Assembly: GCA_047495785.1 (NCBI GenBank)
Contig: JBLDXI010000017.1
Span: 2,914,001 to 2,978,000 of the forward strand
Direction: 5' to 3'
Source: Lepidodermella squamata
Lineage: Eukaryota; Animalia; Gastrotricha
Length of the DNA: 64,000 nt
Numbering within the stretch: the stretch's first letter is position 1; every line of letters starts with the position of its first letter. The notes beneath the pieces were generated by a model. The model worked only from the letters and a program-made list of their open reading frames with translations, searched no databases and was not told the origin of the DNA. Positions 1 to 10,854 of the stretch are shown in pieces. Both the position numbers and the translations under genes were made by a program.

Positions 1-9
1 TGGAGAAAA

Positions 10-2946
10 ATGACCTCAAAAGAGTCTGCTGCGCTTGTGGTCATCCTAGCTCTGATATGCTCTCCAGTGAATGGGCATCAAATGCTGTCTGCCCGTAATC
101 CTACCAGTCGCGAATTACCCAAACGCCAGACAAACGCTTTTCACTCGACCAAGGGACTCAATTTAGGAGGATCCATGGCTTCGTCAACTGAGCCCACACT
201 CTCAGATTCTGCGGAACCTTCATCACGGGAAACCAGGAAAAGCAGACGAGACCCAAGGAATGCCAACCAAAAACTGCTTCAAATGCTGTTCAGCAATTAT
301 ATCAAGGTATAATTATGATTTTGAAGATGGTAGTTTCCTATAAAATTTTATTTTATTCACAGGAAGCTATGCCGGATAGGTATACGTTGCGTTCGAACGA
401 GAATACTGTGCTAAAAAGTAGTTATTTTAGGCCAGTTATTGTTCACTTCGATATACTACTGTTGAAACTCAAAGCATCGGTTCGTATTCCTTGCAATCAT
501 GAATACTTTTGAACTGTCAGGATTTCTAGGTCGAGAAAGAAGGAATATTCGAAAGCGTAGTGGGACTATTTATTGTGAGTTGGTCTTTGCTGAACGTTTT
601 CGCTAAATTTATTATTTATTCCTATTTCCATTTTTAGGAATGGATTGACGAACGGTAAATCTTAACCGATTTCGAGCATCATTGATGAAAGTATTATAGG
701 ATGAGCTGGGATCCGGAAGATTTTGACAATCTGACTGTACTGTCGTTTGATGCGAGTATAAGCCATTAATCTTAAAAAAATTGCGCTTAAAAATCTGTGA
801 TTTTTAGATCAGATATGGCTGCCAGACATAGCGGTATGATTTTATTTACTTTTATCCTGACACTATGCATAATTGTCGCATTTCGCTCTATTTTATGCCT
901 TACAATTCTAGATGACAAATTCAGGTAAGATTTGAAGTTCGCGTTTATCTGTCGCGAAATTTCTTTTTTTTTGGATAGCTGATCACCTTTACGCCATTAG
1001 TCGGGACACGAGATTCATTGTCAGAGTGACTTCTGAAGGTCGTTTCAAATTCGTTCCCACTGGTACAGCTCGAACATGGTGCGGTGAGTGCATTCAGGCA
1101 ACAATTCCTACTTACAACTTCAATATTCATGTATCCGTTAGATTTGAAACTGCTGACCTTTCCTTTTGATTTTCAAACTGTACGTAACAAATTTTCAATA
1201 TTTCCAAAGACTTCTCCAATTCATTATTTTATTACAGTGCACTTTGGAGTTCGAAAGGTTCGAAATCCGTCTAGTTTGACATGCAAATTTGTTTAACTGG
1301 CATCTGCCTTCATTTTTCAGCTGGTCAATGAACACTTCAATGATGACAGTAAGATCTATCCAGTTCGATGCTCAGTTTTTGCTATTTTCCTCTAATTTAG
1401 TTCGACGGTGGCAGCCGACTCTTGCTAGACACCCATTTTTCGTCTACCGAGTGGTCTCTTTGCCAATATCAATCTGTGGTACGTCCAAACTTTGGCGACA
1501 TTATCGCTTTATACTTTGCAATCCTTTGTCATGAAGACCTACGACCACACCTACGAATTCACGAATGAAACGTTCAATCGAGTTGAATTCGAATTCATCG
1601 TTAAGAGAAAAAGTTGGTTTCTCATAAAAAAATATTAGATTGCGGCCTAATCAATTTCAATTCTAGGCACTTTTTACGTTATAAATCTAATTTTTCCCGT
1701 GAGTTTTACGCCAAAGACTGTTAAAATGTAGTTAATTCTACATTATATTTTAGTGTGCAACGCTGTCATTCATTCAGCTTATGGTTTTCCTAATTTCGAG
1801 CACAGGTACAATTTTGGATAAAGTGAAATTGGAGAACTATTCAATCTTTTCCCTTCTTTTTTTCTTTGCTTGTAGACACCACAGTGGATCGGATTGGATT
1901 CGCCACAACCAATCTTCTCACTCTTGTCGTCTTTCAGACCATCGTTACTGCCGAAATGGTAACGATATAACTTCGATTGCAATAATGAATAAAAGGGTAA
2001 ATCATGTTGAACATTTTTAGCCAAAAACTTCCGATGCTGTCACGGCACTTTCTAAATACATCATCGCTTTGATCACGCTGTCCACCGTCGGAATTTTCGA
2101 ATCTGTTATTGTCGAAAGAATGTGCAGCACGGGCTTGAAACCTCCTCATTGGTTGCTTCTTAGATGCCTACAGTATGTCCCTGTCATCTGGCGAGAAAAG
2201 TCGGATCCTCTGAAACATGAGCTTAAGGTTGCTGTGATTGAATTCTAATAATTTGAACCCCATCCTTTTTACAATATTTTCCAGGAGGTATTTGAAGAGA
2301 TGTTGCATCAAAGCTACGTCGAAGTTCGACGTGCCAGTATTATGTCTGGCACCTTTTCTCGCCAGTCTTTCATAAATGGGCTTAACCTCAGTTCAGAATC
2401 CCTGGCTGGAAATGTCTGCGATGAAAAGATGTGCTCTCCACCTTACTATTATGAATGTCACGACTATGCTGAGCTACCAACTGAATTTGGATCAGTCCCG
2501 ACTTCCCGCCGAAATACGCCGCAGCAACGAATTTATTCGAGGAAAGTTCGCAGCAGTTTGATGCCTCGTTCTGCCGTGTTCAGAAACTGGGCTGTAGATA
2601 ATAATAGGAGTCAAGCTTACGTTTCTCCATCTAAGCAGCGAGTCAACATCAAATCTTCGAAGAACCCTCAGGGAAAAGCACCTCAAAACAAGTCTCTAGC
2701 GATACATTCGAGGAATGCTCTCATGTGGACAGAGGTGAGACCGATTGCTTCATTCACGTGATAATTTAACAAAAAAAACAATAGGTTGCGTATCGCATCG
2801 ATTTCCTGACCTTTATATTTTGCCTTTCTCTGGTACTTTTCATCCCGCTCGGACTCTTCCTACCTCTGGCTATGGTCAGCGACCACTGCTCAGACAATGC
2901 TCGAGATTTCGCTTATCATGGTTTCGAAAACGGCGACCCCATTTGA
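10..2946 (+). CDS. Cys-loop ligand-gated ion channel subunit (nAChR/5-HT3-like, non-alpha), about 20 exons
   Basis: Manual GT-AG splicing gives a signal peptide (MTSKESAALVVILALICSPVNG), EWIDERMSWDPEDF, QIWLPDI, the Cys-loop CDLKLLTFPFDFQTC, M1 (FYVINLIFPC), M2 (DRIGFATTNLLTLVVF), MPKTSDAV, M3, a large cytoplasmic loop (ORF 2300-2761) and M4 (IDFLTFIFCLSLVLF). Stop TGA at 2944-2946. Confidence 0.9.
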
Positions 2947-3017
2947 CTTTATAAATCACTTGGTTCTATGTACACAATTTTTTTTTAATCACCCTCATTT
3001 AGCATGATACTCCTTAA

Positions 3018-3522
3018 CACTTTAACTGCCAAAAATAGACTGCGAGGTCCGATATTTGGGTCTAATTCCTGGGTCTGTCAAAAAGTCATTTTTTTCGGGT
3101 CAACGATGCGTCGAGGGGCAAAATGCCTGACGGCAAAGTGTAGGCCATGACCTGGCGGTTCTTTTGACACCGAATTCGGGGCCACAAGGTCTGAGCAGGT
3201 CATTGAAAATGACAGTGAAATAACGTCGAAAATTTTGGATTAGAGCCAAAAATCAGACCCAAGAATTGGACCTAATTATTAGACCCAGATTATGGCGCAA
3301 CAATCGAAATTTCACTGTTTTTCAAGTTTGATTTCTGTGCGTTTCTTGAAGTCTTTGGCCCCAAATTCGGTGTCAAAAGAACCGCCAGGTCATGGCCTAC
3401 ACTTTGCCGTCAGGCATTTTGCCCCTCGACGCATCGTTGACCCGAAAAAAATGACTTTTTGACAGACCCAGGAATTAGACCCAAATATCGGACCTCGCAG
3501 TCTATTTTTGGCAGTTAAAGTG
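3018..3522. mobile_element. piggyBac-type non-autonomous DNA transposon (MITE), 505 bp
   Basis: TTAA on both sides (3014-3017, 3523-3526). About 167-bp terminal inverted repeats (3018-3184 vs 3356-3522, one mismatch seen) starting CACTTTAACTGCC. No transposase ORF. Confidence 0.9.
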
Positions 3523-3774
3523 TTAACTTTTACATTATAATCGTGTAGTTTCTTTATTACCGATGACCTTACTTGGTGTAAACCTATTTTTTTCATGTAA
3601 TAAACTATATTTATTCATGTGTGATCAGTCGCTCGATCCAACTTAAAAACACGTGATAATCTGGTTAAAATAGCCTGGATCAAAACTCGCAACGTCAATA
3701 CTTTCTGCTTTGTTTATTCTCGAATTTTCAATTAAATACATCATTGGAAAGCTAAAAGCTTGGCGTGAATCCAT

Positions 3775-5131
3775 TCACTCCATATCCAGGTCTTCGTCGT
3801 CATCGACATCAAGACCTCCCCAATCCTCCTTATTATTATTACTACCACCGGTGCCGCTCGGTCCAGCTCGGTCGCTGTCGTCGTCGTCGTCGTCTGAAGA
3901 CGGCAAATCGTCACCGGTTTGCGGCTCTGCGTCGGCCATTTCCTCGTCCAAATCAGGCATAGGATACCGCAGAGTCGCCGCAATTCCTGTCAATTTGCCT
4001 AAATGATCACCGGTCGAGTGAAGGCTAGACACAATGCGGACATCACCATTCGCCTCACGAACATTATCGACAATGTTAACGTAGCGGCGCCGGGTCGCGA
4101 AATCGCCGCTTCGAAAGAGCGCGTCGCTGATGAGTAAAGTTTCAACGGCTTGCTCCTTCGCAGCCCGTTCAACCTCGCGAGGTCCGTAACAAGCCCGATC
4201 CGGGTCTGTCATCAGCATTTGATGAAATCCTTCAAGGGCCTGTACATCACCCGACGCTTTAGTATCAGCCAGGCGGGCGGATAACGCCGGGTCTGAAAGA
4301 ACTTCAGATAGCGAATGTTTGAACCCGGACGAGGCATGGGCTAGTATGAATTTATCGCGATTCTCCAGTATCACCCTATACTCTGGCAGGCGGGTTGCCA
4401 GGTCGAACAGGTAGTTGCGAAACTGCTCGCGCAGGAAGCCTGGGCTTGCGATGAGCACGCATTTCACAATATTGAAGTCAATGTGGCGAACTATGGCCTG
4501 GGCAAGCTGCTCGAAAAACCGAAGCACAGCCTTGTCACGCTGGTTTGTAATGCCTTTCCGCTTGTGAGGCACCGCAACTTCGACCTTCGCCCTGACTATC
4601 GTCATATTTGAGGTCACGAGGCACACATGGCCGATTCCCTCCTGCATGATAACAGCGCCTAAGTCGGCTTTACCAGCCGGGTTGCACGCCTCCTCCAACC
4701 GGTCGAGGTGCACCGAGTCCCACCGCTCTTTCCACAGGGTGAACGGCCGGGTCAACTCGAGGTCGATTGTGTGATAGGCGCCTGTTTTTACGTATTCATT
4801 CTCCTCAACATTTCGGCCTTTGACATGAAGCGTGCATGACTGGTTGTCGAAATCGAACGACTCGACTTCAATAGTCAGCTTAATACGAACTCGCTGAGCT
4901 GTCACCGAGCCAGTTGACGATTCGCTGGTTACCTTACGTAGCGTTGAAGATTTTATCCGGTCACCGGCACTGAGCAAATTGAACACGTGCCACACATCTG
5001 TTTGAAAATTCAAACTTTCAACAAAAGCCTGCCGTGAAAATTTCGCTAAAAATACCTTCTAGATCCTCAGGAGTCAAGGTTACATAACCCTGTCCTGTTT
5101 TCAGATCGATTGATCGATGCGTCAATTTCAT
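3775..5131 (-). CDS. PELO: Pelota (Dom34) ribosome-rescue factor, 2 exons (5131-5056, 4997-3775)
   Basis: MKL...VTLTPEDLEDVWHVFNL, GAYHTIDLEL, IASPGF, HASSGFKHSLSEVL, SSLHSTGDHLGKLTGIAATLRYP. One 58-bp GT-AG intron and an acidic C-terminal tail. Confidence 0.95.
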
Positions 5132-5389
5132 GTTCTAGCTCAAGAAACCATTTTTATTAAATGCGTGCCATTGGACTAAAAAACACACTGGTTGATTAAT
5201 CAAATCTATTTATTTATAGGCAAGTGTAAAATTTTATTGGCCTAGAATATAGCATAAGTTTTCAATAACACAGACTTGCTTCGCGTTTGTGTGTCGATCT
5301 ACGCACATGACCAGCAGGGTTATAGCGAGTTATACTGCCAAACAAGATATGAAGCTTAATAACAGTTCGTTTCAACGTGAATTCAAATC

Positions 5390-6059
5390 TCAGCTCTCCC
5401 ACTGCTTGTACTCCAGACCATCTGGAGGTTTGACGTCAACCTTGCCCTTGCCAACCTCATTCCAGTTTGTGCTGAGGACAGTTCCGCCGGATTCCGAGAA
5501 CGACTTCATCATAGCACGTTTCGTTTCATCGGAGGCGTCAGCGTAGATCTGTTGGAATAACTTGTTAAGAGCCGCGTCGCCTTCCAACTTTTCTTCCTTC
5601 TCTTCTTTTTCAACATCAGCAGCAACTTTATCCCAGTTGTGCGTATGCTTTGCTGAGGTCGGATATTTGTGAACCTAATGGCGATAAAACAATGTTTTAT
5701 TGCATGAAATTTCAAATCAAACTTACAACTTCTTCCAGCTGAGCCATTTGCTGTTTTACCTCCGGGGCCTTACCATCGCCTTCGAGTTGAAGCCAGCGAA
5801 TACCTTCAGTTTTCTTCAACTTGACTTCAACTTTGCTCGGTGAGATTTTCGTCGTCGATTGGTCTACGCTGATTTGGTGTGCTAGGGTTAGCTGAAGCCG
5901 ATAATCGATATTAGCAGGCGCGCCTTGGTTGATTTGAACGTCAACACTGGTCGGCTGCAAATCGACCTTCAGTTGTTCTTGTTTGACATCTTTTACCAAG
6001 ATGGTGAGGACAACATGAGTTTCCGTTTGATACCAGTTCAATTTTTCCTTCCCAGTCAT
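5390..6059 (-). CDS. SUGT1: SGT1 Hsp90 co-chaperone (CS + SGS domains, no TPR), 2 exons (6059-5727, 5674-5390), about 205 aa
   Basis: CS domain ([12 protein letters not shown]...KVEVKLKK...W) spliced in phase 0 to the SGS domain (YPTS...NWDK...[14 protein letters not shown]...[19 protein letters not shown]). Confidence 0.93.
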
Positions 6060-6366
6060 TTCGAAAAACAAATTAAAGCCTAATTTGAACAAAAAATCGC
6101 GAAGTCAATAACTGAAGATATTGATTTTATTCTTTGTCAACCGAAATTCAATGATCACGCGTGGTTTGTGTGTTCACACTAGACTTAAAGGCTTTTCGAT
6201 GCGATCTTTCGAAAGCATCATCACAGATTATAATGTCATGCTACAAGATCACATGCTCTCACGACTGTGTTTGTTTATATGCACGCTGGTTGGTGAACTC
6301 AAATCTTCAAAAGTTGCATAATTCTTCGTTGCTTCATGAGGCAGGCGGGCTAGAACTTACGACTTC

Positions 6367-8040
6367 TTAGACGCTCTGGCCGAAGGCATCCAGCGTCGAA
6401 CGGATGTCGTCGATCTTAAGAATCATCTTAACGACCTGGGTGGCCAAGACGATCTGCTGCTTCTTGGCTGAGAAGGTCTCAATGACCTTGGTCTTGCTCA
6501 CGTCAGCAACGCAATCACCGTCGTTTCCAGCGTGGCAGTTGACACCAAGGCGCGGGTTCTTCTCTGCAACTTGGCGCGACTTGATTGCGGCAACAGTTTC
6601 AACCGGGCCCAAACCGGAATTTTCAGCAAGAGCTGCTGGAACGGCCTCCAAGGCGTCAGCGTAAGCGCGCATGGCATATTGCTCGAGACCCTTGACATCA
6701 GCTTCGGCACGCTTCGACACGGCAAGGGCGCATGCAACTTCAGGGGCACCGCCGCCATATACGATGCGGCCGCTGTCACGAACCAGGTTGCGAACAACGC
6801 ACAGAGCATCGTGAACACAACGCTTGGCCTCATCGACGACAGTCTTGCTGGCACCGCGGATCAGAAGAGTGACAGTCTTCGACCCAGGATTCTGCTCGAC
6901 AATGATGGAGTGGTCGCGGCCTCCGACACCCCAGCTAACTTCACGAACAACCTTAGCATGGCCAAGCTTGTCCTTCGACAGTTCGTCAAATCGTGGCACG
7001 ATGCGGCCTCCGGTGGCGATAGCCAAAAGTTCCATCTCAGGTCCACCAACCCAACGGATAGCCGGCAAGTTGTGAGCAAGAAGCAAATGGTTGGCTTCGT
7101 CATCAAAACCCCATTGGCAAGCGACTAGATTGGCACCACAAGCCTTGACTCTTTCAATCATTTGCTCGAATTCGTGGCGTTCGAACTCACGCAGCTTGCG
7201 GAAATCCTCAGCAGAAGTGATATCCAAGTTGTGCTTGGTCTTCGGTTTTGGGGGTTCAAAGGGGCAAGTAAGGATAGCGATCTTGGCATCCTTAACTTCT
7301 TTGGGCATTTGGCAATGAGAGAAGTCCTTGTCAATCACAACACCATTGACCAACATAGAGTCCTCAAGACCACGAGTTCCACCAACACGACCTTCAACCT
7401 TGATAAGTTCGAAGTTGACATCACGGCGTTCGAAGTCAGCGACAGAAAGAACAGCATCAACAGACATTTCAGCGAGTTTGCGTTGCAGACCGGAGCGGCT
7501 GACAACCTTGCTGGACAACGTAGTCATCGCCACACCGATAAGAGCTTCGCGAGCCTCGCCCTGAGTACCAATCGGGATGGTGTCAGCGATTTTCTCCAGC
7601 TCCTCAACAGCAACACGAGCTGCCATTTCAAATCCGTCGGCGATGCGAATAGGATGGATGCCACGGTCAAGCAACTGCTCACATCGCTCAAGCAAGGCTC
7701 CAGCAAGAACAACGACGCCAGTCGTTCCATCACCAACCTCGTCGTCTTGACTCTTTGACAATTGCACTAAGAGCTTAGCAACCTGATGCTCAACGTCCAT
7801 CTTGCTCAAAATCGTTGCACCATCATTAGTGATTGTGATATCACCATCGGCGGAAACCATGAGCTTGTCCAAACCCTTCGGGCCCAAGGAACTCTTCATG
7901 ATCATGTAAACGGCCTTTGCAGCCATAATATGAGATTTGTGAGCCTCAATGCCATATAAACGCTTTTTGCGCTCCTGGTCCTTGAGAATGAGAAAAGGGC
8001 GACCATACTCATCAAAAGCCAATGCACCTTGAGCAGACAT
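6367..8040 (-). CDS. CCT5: T-complex protein 1 subunit epsilon (CCT5), intronless CDS
   Basis: 557-aa ORF with [39 protein letters not shown] and the epsilon-typical [13 protein letters not shown] and [13 protein letters not shown]. Confidence 0.97.
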   Translation of the reverse strand: MSAQGALAFDEYGRPFLILKDQERKKRLYGIEAHKSHIMAAKAVYMIMKSSLGPKGLDKLMVSADGDITITNDGATILSKMDVEHQVAKLLVQLSKSQDDEVGDGTTGVVVLAGALLERCEQLLDRGIHPIRIADGFEMAARVAVEELEKIADTIPIGTQGEAREALIGVAMTTLSSKVVSRSGLQRKLAEMSVDAVLSVADFERRDVNFELIKVEGRVGGTRGLEDSMLVNGVVIDKDFSHCQMPKEVKDAKIAILTCPFEPPKPKTKHNLDITSAEDFRKLREFERHEFEQMIERVKACGANLVACQWGFDDEANHLLLAHNLPAIRWVGGPEMELLAIATGGRIVPRFDELSKDKLGHAKVVREVSWGVGGRDHSIIVEQNPGSKTVTLLIRGASKTVVDEAKRCVHDALCVVRNLVRDSGRIVYGGGAPEVACALAVSKRAEADVKGLEQYAMRAYADALEAVPAALAENSGLGPVETVAAIKSRQVAEKNPRLGVNCHAGNDGDCVADVSKTKVIETFSAKKQQIVLATQVVKMILKIDDIRSTLDAFGQSV

Positions 8041-8462
8041 TATAATCGCTTGGAATGGAACGATAAATACGGAACGTTAAAACCTAAGATATCACATCAT
8101 TGCAGAAGAATCCATCGTTTAATAGAAGGAACAAGAAAGATCGTTGGCATTGATTATTGATTTACAGCAAAAGGCAAGTATAAGAAAACGAAAATGGAAG
8201 CAATACACCGAGTTGTCAGGTAGACATTCAAGAAAGTTCGGCGTTCGTAAGGATCAAACAGGAGGCAAAACAAGCTGCTTTTGGGTTGAATCGGTAAAAA
8301 ATCAACTGCGGCAAAGTATATGTTAAATATTAAATATAAGAAGATTACTTTTTTTAATATTTCTGAATTCTCACATGATATTTGCTGTCAAAGGTAAATT
8401 TGCAGGTTTACGCGGGAAATATGGTGACATGACGTCAGTCGCTCTCGCATACGGTAACGCTT

Positions 8463-8690
8463 TTATTTCTGCACAGGTATAACTAGTCATGATCCTGTCA
8501 GAATTTTTAGTAATAATCAGAGCACTATCAAAAATACCCTTATTTTCTTCAAACGCGTAGCCTTACATATATCTAGAGCCACTACTATTGTCTAAGGATT
8601 GGCAAATTGCCTTCGACACTAGGGCTTTTCTCTGCCCAATGATTGAATTTGCTTCCTTGGGGACCTGAGGTCCCCAAGGTATGAGGGCAG
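8463..8690 (+). mobile_element. 5'-truncated non-LTR retrotransposon (same family as 47930-49030) with 16-bp target-site duplication
   Basis: Near-identical to about 48797-49025. Flanked by the direct repeat GCATACGGTAACGCTT (8447-8462 and 8691-8706). Has a 3' stem-loop and a GGCA tail. Confidence 0.88.
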
Positions 8691-8992
8691 GCATACGGTA
8701 ACGCTTGTGCTCGCTCAACTTCAAGCCCTGATGATTGCCTTTCTATCCTTAGTAAGGAGGTTCGATATGACAACGTTACGAACGGCCAGCTGTGCTATCT
8801 CTCAATCTCTCAGATAAAAAGCCTCTCACATCGAAGTTCTTCCAGTTAGCTTGCAGTTGGGTTTTGATCACAGGCATAAACTCAGCGCTGATCTGCTGCT
8901 CACCCATAGGTCATAGGTTAATCCCAGGTTGTAGCTATTTTAACGGCCTGCAATCAGTGCTTGCAATTTGAGATTTGATAATTATATAGAAA

Positions 8993-10133
8993 ATGTTGAT
9001 TACTCGTGGTATCCAATTGAGCCCTAGAATCGCTAACTTAATCAGAACTCGAATGGCTCTTTCAACGGCTGCAGTAGAACGCTATTCCAAGTTCAAAACT
9101 TTGGCGGTTTCTCAAGTTTCTGATTTTGTATACAAAGTCGATTTAAATCGCCCGGAAAAGCGCAATGCGATGAATCATGACATGTGGAGGTATGCTCAAT
9201 CATTATTGATGGCATGTTTACTGAAACTCTTACTTTGTTGTCAGAGACATTGGTGAATGTTTTAAAACAATCGGCGATGATGAAAATTGCAGGGTGGTTA
9301 TTCTCAGTGGCAGCGGAAAGCATTTCTGTTCGGGTATCGATTTGTTCGATTTCAAAACCTCAATGGAAAGCATTGCTGAGGAGCCTGATATTGGCAGGCG
9401 AGCCATGAAAATCAGACAGTTTGTCGCCAACTACCAATCAGACTTGACGTCTATTGAACGCGTTAGTTCTTGTTCCGTCTTATTTTCCATTCGAAATAGA
9501 CATTTGTTCAGTGTCGCAAACCTGTAATTGCTGCAATCCATGGTTACTGCATTGGAGGCGCCATTGACATGATATCGACCACTGATATTCGATACTGCAC
9601 ATCCGATGCCCATTTCCACGTGAAAGAGGTGGAATTGGGCTTGGCTGCGGATACTGGAACTCTGCAACGACTTCAAAAAATCGTTGGTAACGATAGCTTA
9701 TTCCGCGAGCTCGTCTTAACTGCTGCCCCATTTGGTTCAACTCTTGCTCTCCAGGTTAGTATCATGTGACTGAAAATGCCGAAATCACATTTTTCTTTCA
9801 TCTTATTAGATGGGTATGGTGAGGTATGCAGTCTGCTATTCTTCTTTTCTTACAGACGCTTAAATTTGCGTGCTTTAAAAATTCAGCCGAGTGTTCCCCG
9901 ATCAGCCAGTGATGATGCAAGCCATTCAAACGTTGGCAGCCACTATTGCCAGCAAATCACCAGTGGCCGTTCAAACAACTAAGGAGTCTATTGTCTACTC
10001 GCGAGACCACTCTGTCGCTGAAGGTTTGGATCATATTGCCACGTGGAATATGGCTATGCTTCAATCCGAAGATTTGCCGAAAAGTATGCTAGCCATGCTA
10101 CAGAAGGCCAAGCCGGAATTCTCGAAACTGTAG
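8993..10133 (+). CDS. ECH1: Delta(3,5)-Delta(2,4)-dienoyl-CoA isomerase (crotonase family), 5 exons, C-terminal SKL (PTS1)
   Basis: LNRPEKRNAMN, SGSGKHFCSGIDL, KPVIAAIHGYCIGGAIDMI, KEVELGLAADTGTLQRL, SKSPVAVQTTK, YSRDHSV, EFSKL-stop. Includes a 14-nt exon at 9810-9823. Confidence 0.92.
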
Positions 10134-10854
10134 GATTCAAGTGACCCTATTTATCTGTTGACACCAATGATAATGACTATTACCGAATTTTGAATAAAAG
10201 CCTGAGATTTCACCAACCTCACGTTTTACTGCAAGGTTATCATCGATATTATTTTTAAAATGATTGCCACAAGGTACAAGAGACACGAGAAATGCCACGC
10301 GACAGTCTTGATGGTCAAAAAAGTCGGAAGATACTTCCAGTTTTGGTCCACGCCGGCGAAGACAACAAGAAATAGAAGAAGAAATAGCGCAGAGTTGTAT
10401 CTCACTATGAGACGGAAGATGGAATGACTGCCGGAATTATGCAAGAAAATGGAGACATCGTCACAGTTAGATCATATCAACCTTCCCAGGAAACTACAAA
10501 TAACAGAGACAAGAGTAGCAAAACCGAAAAAAGACAAAATATCTGAGGAAAGATGTACAAGGTATTATAACATTAGCGTCGCATTCCCGACTATTTGAAG
10601 TAAAACTTCCGTCCAAACAAATTTTATTAGTTGATAAACACTGCCAAACGACCAGACACACCACATGCGCTTCATACGGATACTTAAATCGAAAAATCGC
10701 CGAGCAAAAACGTAATCAAATTATTAATGTTAACGTTAAGAGAACTAGCAAAGACAAATTATCGAACATGGCACGTAGCAGTTACCAGCTAATACACAGG
10801 CAAGAAGACAATGCGAATAGAGATAGATATGCACGAGAATAATGATCAACAAAA

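Noticed and set aside
307-2284. Introner (transposon-derived intron) explanation for the many channel introns
   Set aside because: By eye the introns share no sequence, TIRs or TSDs, and all can be read as ordinary GT-AG introns.
6532-7758. Two 198-aa + strand ORFs
   Set aside because: Antisense shadows of codon-biased CCT5.
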